A model generated the notes under the pieces. That model saw only the letters and a program-made list of their open reading frames with translations, had not been told where the DNA came from and did not search any database. The position numbers were made by a program, and so were the translations under genes. A DNA stretch of 64,000 bases from Octopus sinensis (lineage: Eukaryota), in assembly GCF_006345805.1 (NCBI RefSeq), contig NC_043002.1, positions 105,710,001 through 105,774,000 of the forward strand, given 5' to 3'. This document shows, piece after piece, positions 26,048-40,338 of the stretch (within the stretch, counting starts at the first letter, position 1; the number at the start of each line of letters is the position of its first letter).

Positions 26048-26495
26048 TTTCACATAGGGTAGACAGACTGTGGACAGTTTATTGGTTTCATCCTCTCTTT
26101 TCTTCATAATTGGAGTGGAGAGTATGAAGAAAAGAGAGGATGAAACCAATAAACTGTCCACAGACTGTCTACCCTATGTGAAAGGCTTCTCTGAAAAGAT
26201 ACATAAGGTATGCAGTCCATATGACGTCAGGACAGTATTCAAGAGTAATACAACACTTCGCAAATATCTTCTTCGAGTGAAACCACCAATAGAAGAGAAT
26301 AAGACCAAAGACTGCGTGCACTCCATCCCATGCAGCTGTGGTAAGTTATACAAAGGTGAAACATGCCGCCCTCTCAAAATAAGGGTGGACGAACATCGCA
26401 AAGTTGTAACACGAGGAGATATTAATAAATCGGGTATCGCTGATCATGTATGGAAAAATGGAGACCACCTTCCTCTGTGGAAAAGAAAAAATTCC
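26048..26495 (+). mobile_element. Penelope-like GIY-YIG endonuclease fragment with 5' inverted duplication
   Basis: LPYVKGFSEKI..DCVHSIPCSCGKLYKGETCRPLKIRVDEHRK..SGIADHVW; 61-bp inverted arms at the left end. Confidence 0.9.
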
Positions 26496-27285
26496 TAACA
26501 TCGGACTACAACAAGTAACCTTAGATGCCAAGAACCCTCCTAAGCTTCCTGGCTGTCCCTGATAACACTGTTTTATGGAGCTGTACCAAACTGTTTTCTC
26601 TATCCTTCTGTTTTCTCTATCCTTCTGTTCAGATCTTTAGGGATACTTCCCAATGGACCCGCACTGTCCATACTCTCTGTAATTCAATGGCCAGCTCCTG
26701 ATACTTTTCTATTTCTCCTATACCTCTCATATTGATGTTTTCATCCTTTTGGACTGTAAACTCAATTATCTGTCACTTTCTATTCTCTTTATCTACTAAT
26801 ACTAAATAAGACCTTCCAGATGCTATTACTCTGTCAGTCTCGATGTTAAAGTCACACAACATTTTATATTTCTTACTTTCTAGTACTTTACTAGGTTCAT
26901 ATTCGTACCATTTATTAATATGTTCAATCCTAGCTCTCTAAATAACTCCCAGTGGATTACTCTCCCTAGGTTGTCATGTCTTTTCTTGTATTTTCTGTAC
27001 CAGCATCCTACATTCACTTACTATATATGAGTAACGCTTACCTCATTTGATTTGCATAGCCTACATTGGGAATCTACTTGGTTTTTGTCTATCTTGGTTT
27101 TTACCCAGTTAGTCCTTAATACTTGGTCTGCAGCTACTAACAAACTTTCTGTCTCTCTTTTCAGCCTTCCTTTCTGCAGCCATAACCACATCTCACTACT
27201 ACTACTTGCTGAAACTATCTTTGGGAATCAACCATTGAACGCCTTCTCCTGTCAGGCACTGATGAGGATTTGATGACCTCCTGTG
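26495..27285 (-). mobile_element. R4/Dong-like RLE LINE 3' fragment
   Basis: Minus-strand WLQKGRLKRETESLL, SQCRLCK..VTHI (zinc knuckle), KMLCDFNIETDRVI, EKYQELAIELQRVW, GTARKLRRVL. Confidence 0.85.
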
Positions 27286-27829
27286 TCTGTTTTCCGTTTG
27301 TTTGTGTATTTATATATAATATATATATATAATATATATATATATATATAATATATATATATATGCATATATATTCTTTACTAGATATTTTTGTAGTGCT
27401 ACAGTAGCCATTATATAATAATTTTAAGTCAGAGGAGATATGTATATCACAATATTTTTGATAAAAATAATCTTTCTGAAATCAGATTTTAGATAGTGTA
27501 TTCATAATAAAACCATTATTTTCCCCGTGTTTATATAGTTATTCTGTTTCGTCTTTCTAATTCATTTAGAGTTCAGTTGAGAATATAATAACTGCAAATT
27601 ATTGCTGGAACAGCTGGAGTATTATTGATATCTATTACCATTTTTTTAAATTTTATCTTTGCTTATCTATTTTTGCATTTTGCTGAATTTCATAAAAATA
27701 ATGTCGCTATATTCCTTCCTAAACATTTCTTCGATTTGTGTGTTTTATACACTCCAGTTCATTATGAATTAAATATTTATCTGTGTTTGATCCAATTTCT
27801 TTTTCTGTTATCATTACTATCATCATTAA

Positions 27830-27846
27830 TATCACTATTATCGTTG

Positions 27847-27903
<57 letters not shown>

Positions 27904-27932
27904 TATTATCATTATTATTATCATTATTATTA

Positions 27933-27974
<42 letters not shown>

Positions 27975-28003
27975 TATCATTATTATTATTATTATTATTA
28001 TTA

Positions 28004-28036
<33 letters not shown>

Positions 28037-28038
28037 CA
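27830..28038. repeat. (ATT)n microsatellite
   Basis: Directly visible; a second tract at 28429-28620 follows the SINE. Confidence 0.95.
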
Positions 28039-28428
28039 AAAGGTGGCGAGCTGACAGAAACGTTAGCACGCCGGGCCAAATGCTTAGCGGTATTTCGTCT
28101 GCCGCTATGTTCTGAGTTCAAATTCCGCCGAGTCGACTTTGCCTTTCATCCTTTCAGGGTCGATTAAATAAGTACCAGTTACGCACTGGGGTAGATATAA
28201 TCGACTTAATCCGTTTGTCTGTCCTTGTTTGTTCCCTCTGTGTTTAGCCCCTTGTGGGTAGTAAAGAAATAGGTATTTCGTCTGTCGTTATGTTCTGAGT
28301 TCAAATTCTGCCGAGGTCGACTTTGCCTTTCATCCTTTCGGGGTCGATAAATCAAGTACCAGTGGGGTTAATATAATCGACTCATCCCCTTTCCCAAAAT
28401 GGCTACCTCTGTGGAAAAATTTGAAACC
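28039..28428 (+). mobile_element. SINE family A, dimeric, within (ATT)n
   Basis: Core ggtatttcgtctg..gtcgat..atcgact occurs twice. Confidence 0.92.
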
Positions 28429-28441
28429 ATTATTATTATTA

Positions 28442-28488
<47 letters not shown>

Positions 28489-28492
28489 TATT

Positions 28493-28529
<37 letters not shown>

Positions 28530-28531
28530 TA

Positions 28532-28562
<31 letters not shown>

Positions 28563-28883
28563 TATCATCATTATTATTATTATTATTATTATTTATTATT
28601 ATTATTATTGTTGTTGTTGTTGTTGTCGTTCTTATTACTTTGTACTTCTTTTACTTCTTCTCTAATGATGGTGATGATGATTATGATGATGATGATCATG
28701 ATGATCATGATCATGATGATTTGTTCCGATACTAAAAAGTTTCATTTTGATAAAGTTCAAAGTTTTTCAAGTATAAGTGAAGAAATTAATTTTTATTTTG
28801 GGAGATTTTACACTGAGACCTTTATTGGTCTTCTCCCCATACCGCAAGGGTTAAAATATAGGATCGTTTTTTTTTTTTTTTGT

Positions 28884-29068
28884 ATTTTGGGAGAGGGGTT
28901 AGTCGATTATATCGATCCCAGTATGCAACTGGTACTTAATTTATCGACTCCGAAGGGATGAAAGGCGAAGTCGACCTCGGCGGAATTTGAACTCAGAAAG
29001 TAAAAACAGACGAAATACCGCGAAGCATTTCGCCCGGCGTGTTAACGTTTCGGTCAGCTCGCCGCCTT
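28884..29068 (-). mobile_element. SINE family A, monomeric, opposite orientation to 28039
   Basis: Reverse complement of the family A head and core. Confidence 0.9.
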
Positions 29069-29309
29069 AAAACTACAGTATGATAAACAAAAAACACTTT
29101 TGACAACAATTACAACTACAAAACCAATATGCATGCAAGTCCCACTTTTGGTACAAACATGAATAGCGAAAGGGATTATTTTTCTCATATCCTTTCAAAC
29201 AAAATATTCCTGAATACAGGAGATTTTGCTGGAAGATCCAAGGCCTGGAAACATTTTGTTTATCGAAATGACGCTGGTATTCAACAGTTAACCATAGAAG
29301 AGAAAACTC

Positions 29310-29369
<60 letters not shown>

Positions 29370-31711
29370 CTCTCTCTCTCTCTCTCCCTTGCTAAGTACA
29401 CAACAGATTTCCTTATTCCAATCACATCACAGCTGAAGCCAGCTCTGAAAGATATTTTTATTGAAATATCCTACATAAGAAAACGGAGGGCATATGACAC
29501 TACGTGTGATTTGTCAAGTATACGACGGAACAAAATAACAAGCCCAAATAGTAAGTGACATATCTATCCATGAGCTGGTTCCTTTGTATTTAAGAAGGAG
29601 AAAAACAATTTACTGTCTGAAGCATATGATGTCAACCTCTGGCAAAAAATCAGCTCCGTGAAACAATTAGGCAGGTGGTCAATGTTGCTGGGGCATTTGA
29701 CGGGATGTAGTCGGGTGGGGTCATCATAGATATACAAGTCTCCATGATCTGTAACACCAGAAAGCAATACCAGAAGTATGCCCTACAGAGGATGCGGAAA
29801 GGAAAACCATAAAATCCTGCAACCAAGGTAAAACGACCCAACTGTTACATATGCATTACGAAAACCAATCAAAAAGCTTTCTATACAGAAAGCATATGAA
29901 GGACAAAGCAACAATACCAAATCATGGAAGTTATCGATCCTAACGAGATACCAGTCGACAAAGGAAATTGCCCTGTTTTCATTACCTGGAGAGAGCCATG
30001 AAATCCAAAAGTCCTTTTTACTTGCCGAAAGCAGTAAAGACAAAGTGAGTTAACACAGTAACAACAGCCAGTAGAGGAAGACAAAGTACTATCTCACTGC
30101 AGTACCAGCTTATTCACTTCTGAGGATGGAGACCGGTAGGAAAAACAAGACTTTTTTCACCCAAAAAGTAAAACACAAAATGGACAAGCAAAAAACAATT
30201 TTTAAAAAGTTATAAAAATGCGAGATGATGCATACTTTCTGTGAAGAAGTAGCTTTCTCTGCTAAAAAAGAATCTTGATCTTATGAAGGATAATAATGTC
30301 CTGCGAGGAGAAATCACTTCGAACCAGAACGAAATGAAATATAGTCATTCACAAAGAATAATAAAGTTCTGAAGAAACTTTTACACAAATAAACACAAAA
30401 TATATTCGAAGTATGAATCGAGAAAGCATTCAGATCGCATTTTACACAGCAACGACAGAATAGTCCAAATGTCAGAGAGACTTTACCAATTATTATACTT
30501 CAACGATCCGGAAGATATGCCCATCGCACATGGGAACTCATCACCGAAGAGCTTAGACTCTCTAACCTTGAGCAATACGGAAATAATATAGAAGAGTACA
30601 CGGTGGAAGAGTAATCAAAAGTGTGGGGTGTTCTAATCAACGCAAGTGGTAGTTTTAATTTTTATATCTTATTTTAATTTGTCTGACCACAATAATTAAC
30701 ATTATTTTATTTATTTCGGCGTAAATTTTTGTTTTATGCATAATTTTTTTATGTGTTGCATGACGTCTATCATCCCTCCTTAATCAACTTTGCATAACCT
30801 CTCTGCACATACATCTTCAAAAGCCCCCCACCCCATCACTTTATTGGTTCTTTGTAACTTTCGCAACTCTTTCGGCCCTTATAGTTTATTCAAAAGAGAT
30901 TATTATGTAATGGAGAAGAGTGAAAGAACCCAAGACAGACGCTTTCCCCTTCGGTCAAGGCTTGATCGGTGAGGGTTGACATGTTTGTGTTGCCCTGCTC
31001 CTCACCTAATAAATTTATTGAAAAGCGGATGAATGTGGAGGGATTGGCTCAAGTGAGAAGGCTTGTAGGTTGAGGAGTACGGAGGAGAGAGGGTTACTCC
31101 ATTTGAATAGGGTGTTTCTTGATCTATGGAGTTCCATAATTGCTCCTGGGTGGTGTTTTCTTCATATTGAAGATTTTAAGATTTTCTTTGCAACAAATTG
31201 TTATTGATTTATGGTTTATACGTTTCTCTATAAATCTTCAGTCTTCTGTCTTTGTATCATTATTGTTGAGCTGGGGAGTGATGGTAGTGGTGGTGGTGGT
31301 GGTGGTGGTGGTGGTGGTGGTGGTGGTGGTGGTGGTGATAGTGGCGGTGTTATATAATAAGTTGGAGGGATAGGTGACTCATCAAAGCAAATGTTCAATA
31401 TGTCATCAAAACGAAAGTTATCCGGCTGACTCACAATGGGCTGGAATGTGTTAGTACACTTCCGGCCCACAAACACGCTAACCTCTCACGTACTTCACTG
31501 CACCTCTACTACGACGTACACCCCTCCACAGAACCAGTTAGCTGCTTTCCCCCTCTACACAAATCCACTCGACTAATACTTCTCCCTCTCGGTACCCGTA
31601 ATACTTACATATATGCTCCCCTGAACTGGACAACTATACCCAACATATCTCCACCACAACCTCAATGCGTAGGAATTATATATAAGCATACGTATAAATG
31701 CGCACGTGTGT

Positions 31712-31759
<48 letters not shown>

Positions 31760-32124
31760 TGTGTTGTGTGTGTGTGTGTATTTATAAATAGTCTTCAAGA
31801 TAGATCATCTACAGATGGTTTTCATTTCATTTTCAGTTTGTAAGGATACATAACTTATTCAAGATAAACCACTTACACACGTAGACTCTGCTAGCCAGTA
31901 TTCGCTCAGGTGCTTACTGTGTATCCAGCTCGAGTTTTCTATTTTGGCCAGGAATTTCAGTGTATATGGATAGTTTTCTTCTTTGCGATGAACAATCTGC
32001 AGGTAAACACTCTTAACCGGTATCCAAAGAAGCGCTTACTGAAAACCCAGCTTTGATTTTTATTTTTGATAGGTATACAACTAGATCTTGGACAATACAG
32101 ATATAAATACCTTGTTTGTTTGTG

Positions 32125-32192
<68 letters not shown>

Positions 32193-32641
32193 ACAAATAT
32201 AGATGGATGGATGGAGTAAGCATAATTTTTGCTGATAAGAATAAAACTTCTAATACAGATTAAGAAGTTCAAAGGATTATTTTTGCACAATGGAAGAACT
32301 TCTGTCAAATTTACCAAAGAAGTGGCTTCGAATACTACAGTCTATTTCTACCCAATGAGGATTTTTCAATACCAATATTTACATGCTATTATTTATTATT
32401 TTATCAAGTTAGCATTCTGCCGTTAAACGTGATGTATTTCACGACTTTCGAAGTTTCATAAAATTTATATATATATATATATATATATCTATATATATAT
32501 ATATAAATATATATGCTTGAACTTTAATCTGAACAATATTGTCAGCATGGTGCGCCAACGGTGAGCTTATAAAGTATTTTGCCTGAATTGATAATCCCTC
32601 ACTATTAGCTATATGTATATGTGTACGTGTGTGTGTGTGTG

Positions 32642-32678
<37 letters not shown>

Positions 32679-32808
32679 GTGTGTGTGTGCGTGTGTGTGT
32701 GTGTTATATCATTTGTTTACTCGTTAGAATTCCTTTCGAAATTTGTGTCGAATCTCTCTGGAATCTGTGTCGTTTTCAAACATCTCACTATTTCCTTCCC
32801 TCTCCTCT

Positions 32809-32848
<40 letters not shown>

Positions 32849-33189
32849 ATGAGTACTAAATATATTACTTTTTATATCTTTTATACATGTTTATTTCAAG
32901 TCCATTTTTATTTTTGTTTTTAGTCACGTGTGTGTGTTCGTTGTGATGGTGCTTGTATGATTATCCTCCCTTCTTACCACCGGCATACAGCTGTCACCTA
33001 TAAAATGGCCACCAGCTACAAAGTCAACCATATAAATCGCATCAATGAACCAAACAGAGTCGACCAAGGAGTCTACCAGAGGTCACTTGGCTTGCGTGAA
33101 ATAGGAACCAAATCTTACTCCATTCACAGCGAAACATCTTAGTAAAGGATATATTTGATAATGTGGTTCTAGGTTCCCTGCACGTACGA

Positions 33190-33460
33190 AGAATGTGGGA
33201 TGGTCATAGTTGTCATATCTTTGATCACTGATCCGTCTGATGAGGTCTGGCCTGGAGTTAAACAAAATCAACAACCATACACACTGTCACCCATTTTGGA
33301 TGTACAAACCTGTAACTGATCACTGAACCAGCTGGCTTAAACATCATAAAAGACGACTTCGACAATACTCTAGAAACTGTTGGAGATATTTAACCCCACG
33401 TCGGCACTGGCCGAACTGACCTATGATCAAAAGCATTCTGATTATTACCATTCCGGTTTT
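33190..33460. mobile_element. Two old repeat family D tails, tail-to-tail
   Basis: gatggtcat..tttgatca..ggagttaaacaa (+, 33190-33275) and its degenerate reverse complement (33375-33460); related pieces near 25050 and 34795. Confidence 0.5.
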
Positions 33461-33519
33461 GCTGTCACTGACTTTTTATATACTTATTCATTTATTTATT
33501 TATTACTTATTTATTCATT

Positions 33520-34140
33520 TTTAAACATTTTGTTAAGATAACGAGTTGGCTTTTGTAGCATCTCCTCTTCTGAGGATCGAATGCTGAAACTGACACAATA
33601 CTATACCAGCACTTGCAATTCTAGCATTCAATTCAGCCTTCTGCTTCCCATCACTCGTCAATACGGCCCCGGGACAGACTTCTCCACTCGCCTCAGTGAT
33701 GTTTCACTAATGCGAATGTTATTTAATAACCGAAAGAGTACAATCGCAAATAGAAGCAGCCGAAAGGGAGTTCCAACGAAGAATCTATGGAATAATGTTA
33801 GTCGATAGAGATCACAGCTGGGAGGTCAGAAAGTCTCTCGAGGTTGAGCCGTTCCTTCACATTGAGAAATCACGACTCAGGAATTACGGACATGTGATTA
33901 GAACGTTGCAGGAATGGACCGCAAGACAGCTTTTTCAAACCGAGCCTACAGAGAGGAGACCCGAGGGGAGACCACGAACGAGATGGCTTGATGATATACA
34001 TAGTCTAAGTTGGTCATGCCTGGGAATCCAGCCTGGAATTCTAATGAAGGTTGCTTCTGACAGTACCCTATGAGGGAGATGCATGCAAACTCTTTTCCTA
34101 CGACCGTCCCAGGAGCAGCAGGTGGTGAAAATGGACGGGT
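33520..34140 (+). mobile_element. RTE LINE 3' end with inverted 5' segment
   Basis: 33711-34140 (+): CECYLITERVQSQIEAAE..LRNYGHV..RPEGRPRTRWLDDI. 33520-33706 (-): ETSLRRVEK..LTSDGKQKAELNARIASAG. Confidence 0.85.
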
Positions 34141-34368
34141 GTTGCTCAGATTATATGAAGTCTTATTTAATACGGTAAGTTATTGTTTCAGAGAGATTTG
34201 CTGGCTATTTCTCCGTATAGAATCCATCTGAGAAAAAGAGAGTTGATGTTCACAACAATACAGATTCAATTTACATCAGTCAACAACGAGCTAACGTAGG
34301 ACTCACTAGGTACTCTCTCGTCCTGCCAGATAAAGTATCAACTTCACAGGGGAATGATACGTTAGATT

Positions 34369-34753
34369 TGGAAGCACTCCGTCGGTTACGACGATGAGGG
34401 TTCCGGTTGATCCGAATCAACGGAACAGTCTGCTCGTGAAATTAACGTGTAAGTGGCTGAGCACTCCACAGACACGTGTACCCTTAACGTAGTTCTCGGG
34501 GATATTCAGCGTGACACAGAGAGTGACAAGGCCGGCCCTTTGAAATACAGGTACAACAGAAACAGGAAGTAAGAGTGAGAGAAAGTTGTGGTGAAAGAAT
34601 ACAGCAGGGATCACCACCACCCCCTGCCGGAGCCTCGTGGAGCTTTAGGTGTTTTCGCTCAATAAACACTCACAACGCCCGATCTGTGAATCGAAACCGC
34701 GATCCTATGACCGCGAGTCCGCTGCCCTAACCACTGGGCCATTGCGCCTCCAC
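34369..34753 (-). mobile_element. SINE family B with 11-bp TSD
   Basis: atacgttagat at 34357-34367 and 34755-34765. Confidence 0.95.
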
Positions 34754-35229
34754 AATACGTTAGATAACACAGTACTAACTGCCTTCTTGAAATGTGTGAT
34801 GGTCATGGCTGAGACGGTTTCGATCATAGGTTTGCTCTGTCGAAGCTTACCTAAGGCTATTCAACACATATGAAGATTAGCGACAATTGTTCAAGAAGTC
34901 GAAGTTATCTTCATATTTCATTCATGAAAAATCTTCATTGAGAAATATAAAACGAAATATAAGAAAATTAGAAACCGAAAGCTAAGTGAAATAATTATCA
35001 AAATGCCCAACGTGCACATTGGCAATACTGCAGTAATTGCAATTATCTAACATACAGCACTTCGTTAACTTTCATACATAATGCTAAAGTTTAACTGGAA
35101 CAGGATCAGCTTAATACGGCTTAAAACCCTTGAATCACCGAAGGAAACTTCTATGTATTTATGTATGAAGGATGGTTTAATCCAGCTTATGCTTCATTGT
35201 CTTTTCCTGGCATTTTTTGTTGAAATATA

Positions 35230-35265
<36 letters not shown>

Positions 35266-35501
35266 ATGTGTGTGTGTGTGTTGTGTGTGTATGATTGTGT
35301 GCTTGAGCGCAAGTATATTATTTATACATACATACATAGATAAATACATACATACATGCATAAATATAAAATTCATATGGTGTTATTTTTCTTCATCTCG
35401 GTGTCCAAATTAATCCTCGTAGATCAACATTAATCTGCCTTATTTACAGGTTAAGCTGTATATTATATTGATACATGTACGCACGCACTGACACACACAG
35501 A

Positions 35502-35553
<52 letters not shown>

Positions 35554-36182
35554 CACACACACATATATACAATCACATACATACATACATACATGTAATT
35601 TTGCAGGAGCGGATTGTTATTAAGAGTATGAACTGGTGACCTAAATTAATAAGTATTAGGTTAGAAGGAACAACATGGAACAACGAACAATAAAGATGAG
35701 GGCGATTATAACAATAAAAACAACAACAAGAGCGACGGCAACCGCTAAAGAAGCAGCAGCAGGAACAACAACTCTGACAAGAGAAAGAATAGCAGCATCA
35801 CCAACAACAGCAGCAACAATAAAACAAGGAATACAACCACATCAACAATAACACTAACAGAAGCAACTACAGTAACAACTACAAAAACGTGTTGATATTA
35901 TGATTGTCGCCAAAATATCTCAAAGAGGAATTAATTTCCAACAAGTAACGAGCCCTAGGGATCGTTTTGTTCGAAAAGCTTGCTGCGCATTTGTTTTGAG
36001 ATTTTAAATTCCTGGATTTTCCTGAAGAGAAAGCTGCAGAATGGTCTCCTTATTCAATCCGAATTTGGGAATTTGCAGCCTTTGAAACATGTGTAGAAAA
36101 TAATAAAAAGGAATTTTGTAGAATCTTCGTTCGGCTCCATTTCTTCCCCTCACTAAATATATATATATATATATATATATGC

Positions 36183-36213
<31 letters not shown>

Positions 36214-36542
36214 ATATATATATATATATACATATATATCATTATCAGAGGATAAAATCATTAAAATTAATGAATTTTATCAGTGGCCAGCATATAAAGT
36301 CCTTTTAGTTAAAATACATTTATAGAGATATATAATTGCATAGAATTACTCCACAAATGATTACACAGGTTGAAAGCGAGAAAAGCAATCTGGCTAAAAA
36401 ATTCATAAAACAACTGAATTATTTCATGAATTTTAAAATAATTCAGTGAATATTTCAAGTGGTGGGACGTATTCGGCGTGTTCTTTCAGCTTATAGGCAT
36501 AATACCTTTTGTGCCCTTAAGTATAACTGTACTCTATGCAAT

Positions 36543-36576
<34 letters not shown>

Positions 36577-36707
36577 CTGACACATACACACCTGACGGGC
36601 GTCCCTTGTTTTAGTCTACAAAACACCCTCTTAACGGGTATATTTTCAACCGAGACATTACAATCGTATCTGATTCTTCAAGTTTTTCAATTCTGTGTGT
36701 GTATATA

Positions 36708-37140
36708 CGAGGTGAAGTCAAAAATTATCCGCACTTTCGCCATAACATATCTTTGCTATTGCCACAATGCCTTCTGCGCATGTGAGCTTATAGTTGGTAT
36801 TGCTTCGGTCATGTGACCGAAGTTTGAGCCTGATCCACCTCATTTTTCTTTCTGGCTTTACAGTGCAAGCATGGCCGCTCGACTAGCAATATGCACCATA
36901 GAAGAACAAAGAGTAGTGATCCGATGTCTCTGGTCGAAAGGTGTGTCAGGTGCCGAAATTCATTGGAGTCTTTTAGCACAATACGCTGACAGTGCACTAC
37001 TGCTTAGAATGTGCATGAGTGGATCGAGAAGTTTGAAAGTGGCCAGACAAGCGTGACGGACGAAGACAGAGCAGGACGCCCGTGAACCTTTACCACTGAT
37101 GAGAAGATTCAGCAAGCTCGAGAGATGGTAATGGCGAACC
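36708..37140 (+). mobile_element. Mariner 5' fragment (TIR and N-terminal HTH)
   Basis: TA|cgaggtgaagtcaaaaattatccgcac; EEQRVVIRCLWSKGVSGAEIH..EWIEKFESGQTSVTDEDRAGRP. Confidence 0.88.
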
Positions 37141-37282
37141 ATTTCCATCTCTCCGATCACTGCTGTCATTTATCAATGGTTTTCTTCATTAGGTTGACGT
37201 GCTCTTTTCTATCATTAATAAAGCTGTCGGCATTTTTGACGATACAGGTATGCTAGTATACAGATATCTTCCTTTATTATTT

Positions 37283-37700
37283 TTTTTTTACCTTTTATTT
37301 GTTTCAATCATTGAACGGCAGCCATGCTGGGTCACTATTTTGAAGTGTTTAGTCGAAAAAATCGTCCCCCATATATATTTTTTTTAGTTTGGCACTTTTT
37401 CTGCCAAATGTATCCGCCCAACCACTATTTATGGGAACGTAAACAAAACAACATCGGTTGTCAAGTGGCAGTGTGGTGGACAAATGCAAAACACATGCAT
37501 ACAGGATATACACGCATACATACGTACAAAACATACACACATACACACATATATCGGATAGGCTTCCGTACAGTTTCCACGCAGTGGAAACTTCACTTGC
37601 AAGACATTAGTCAGCCCGGATCTATAGTAGAAGGCACTGAACCCGAAACTACGAGTTTGTAAAGCGAGTTTCTTAAGATCACAGGCATTCCTGCACCTAT
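37283..37700 (-). mobile_element. SINE family C, old copy
   Basis: Diverged match including catcggttgtcaag and ctatagtagaag; internal CA/TACA tract. Confidence 0.75.
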
Positions 37701-38379
37701 AGAACACGAAAAGTAAAACAGCACGTCAAAATGCTAAGCCAATCGACAAGAAATCGATAAAATAAATACTGTATTTCATATGATCGACTAAAACTATACA
37801 CCATGATTGTTGTCTAATGATTGAAACCATCAAAACAATAAAATATCTCCAGCATTATATTGTAATCACAATTAACTATGTATATGTCAAATCTCAGACC
37901 TCTGTACATTTATCTAGGGCATCTCAAGTATCTGAGAGGCTTGTGGGGTACGTGTCAATACTTTTACTGCCTTGTTAACGAAGTTATGTGCATGGCCATG
38001 AGCTGAATAATCTTTCAAATATAATTGGTGACACGACACTTACTATAAAATGTCCATAGTAAAAACTGGGTCAAAATACAAGCGATACTATATGACACTG
38101 TCTAAAAGACGTAATTGTTATACCTGGAGTGTAATTACAGCTTCTATGACTATATATTTTATATACGTAAGTATGTACGTCTGGACCACTTCTCTTATAT
38201 TAGCCTTCATGTAACTTGAGAGTATGTCCTCACACCTCTTCAAAGCCATCTTCTCCCATTTTCCAACTGGGGTAGCCACATATCTCCTCTATTGCAAGAC
38301 ACCTGTTTTTGTCGCTCTATCATGCTTCACCCTTTCATCATCTGCCATAAAAACCACCTTCCTCAATACTGCTCTTCCA

Positions 38380-38580
38380 TACTTAGTTGCGAGTTACTTG
38401 GAGAACTCACTTGGACCGGTGCCTTGGAAAAAGCACCCACCGCATTCTGTAAAGTGGTTGGTGTTGGGAAAAGCAACCGTAGAAACTATGTTATAGCAGA
38501 CATTGGGGCTTGGCGCATTCCTCTAGCTCGACGGCTAACCCGTGCCAGCATGGAAAAAAGGTCATGAAACAATGATGATA
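38380..38580 (+). mobile_element. Probable SINE 3' end (family F) with (GAT)n-like tail
   Basis: aaaaagcaccc..ctgtaaagtggttgg..aacccgtgccagcatggaaaa..atgatgat; family from recall only. Confidence 0.5.
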
Positions 38581-39204
38581 TACACACTAACATGTATATA
38601 TAAAACACCATAACACACACAATCATGCATGTATACACACACACACATGCATGCAAACACGTGTCCATATCCACGCACGCACATATACGCAACGCGCAAA
38701 ACATACATATTTCATATGTGTGTGCCAATGTGTTTTTCGATACGAACGTCAAACAACTATTTACATTTCTGTGTGTAGTATGTTTGTCTACAGGAACTTT
38801 TTGAGTATGTGAACATATGTTGTAGCGAGTATGTATATATATATATATACTGTAAGTGTCTGTATGTTTCTTTGAAATGTGCAGTAAAACTCCTAATTAT
38901 CGACGCTCCACAGTTGTACAGTTTTCACCAAACTTCTACTGCACCAACAAGCGCATCTCCGTCTTACTGAAATACTTGTAATATTGTCTCTTGTGAATAT
39001 GGGAACATAATTATGTTTCGTGTGTGTTGTGTGAATTAAGTCATCATATCGGGCAGTGATTGTGTGAAGTGTGGGTTTTATAGGTTGGTAGTAATGATTG
39101 TTTATAATAACAGATGTATTTTGCTGATGATTATGATAACAGATATTTTTATGTATCGTTGATGGTGATTGTGTATAATATATGTTGTACTTTGCATTTG
39201 CGAA

Positions 39205-40291
39205 CTAGCAGTATCGCCCGGCGTTGCTCGGGTTTGTTTCGACCCGCTGGAATTGTAATTTTGAAAAGTAAAAATTTTGTGAACATTTTTCTGGTCGAAA
39301 TACACCGAAAAGTGGCGACACAGCAGTGAAAAAATCGTAAAAAATAGGGATTTTCATAGAAAAAAGCATCTTTTTGATGTAAATAATTTTTGGTGTTAAC
39401 ATGGTCCGATTTGAATTTTATGTTCTACGGAAGGAAGAGCAACCCTTCTTCTACCATACTCTCAATTTTGGTCAACTTGCGCCGCAGGGTCTCGGAGGAG
39501 ATAGTGTTAGTTGAAGGTTACCATTGTAGGTGCCTGAGTAACAACCTCGCGGATTTACAGATAAATGAATTAATTACTATTTTACAGAATAAAATTAAAT
39601 AATTCTTGAAAATTAATTAATATTAATATTTTTTGAACAAAGTAAATAATTTTTAAAACTTAAATAATAATTTTTTTTACACAAACGCGAACGGGGAAAA
39701 GGGGGTGGCGAATTCGATTTACATACCTAAATTTTTTCTTTTTCATGACATTGTAGCAAAATAGTAGTGAATTATATAAATACCAGCAGTACATTTTTTT
39801 TTCTGGGGTATTTTTTTTCAACCTCGTCACATATTTGCCCCTTTCAATTTAAGCAAAGTCTTAATTAAGCAATTACGGCAGCTTAGCAATGGTTTCAATA
39901 CAGGCGTGACATCTGTATCTCAATTGTTCAAAACCCTTCGAATTTTTTCGCACGTGATGATATCATAGTGAAAACTTTCAATTACACGCGCTTAGAAGTA
40001 CGCTCGCAAATTAATACTACCATAATTTTGAAGTTCGCGCTCCGCTTGTGTGTGTGTGTGTGCGTGCTTTAGGTGTACTTAGGTATGTGTTTTTGTGTGT
40101 GTGTGTCACTGAAGCCATACATACATATATACATACATAACCTCTCTCTCTCTTTTCTCTCTCAGTCACTCACTACAAAAAGTGAATAAAAAAAGTTCAG
40201 TTATTTCTGTCTTTCACTCTGTCTGTCTCTTTACACACACTAACAAAAGCACTTCACTTACACACCACACTTTCTGTGTCGCACAACCCAT

Positions 40292-40338
<47 letters not shown>

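Noticed and set aside
29560-30110. Possible LINE endonuclease remnant (VCPTEDAE)
   Set aside because: No second diagnostic motif recognisable.
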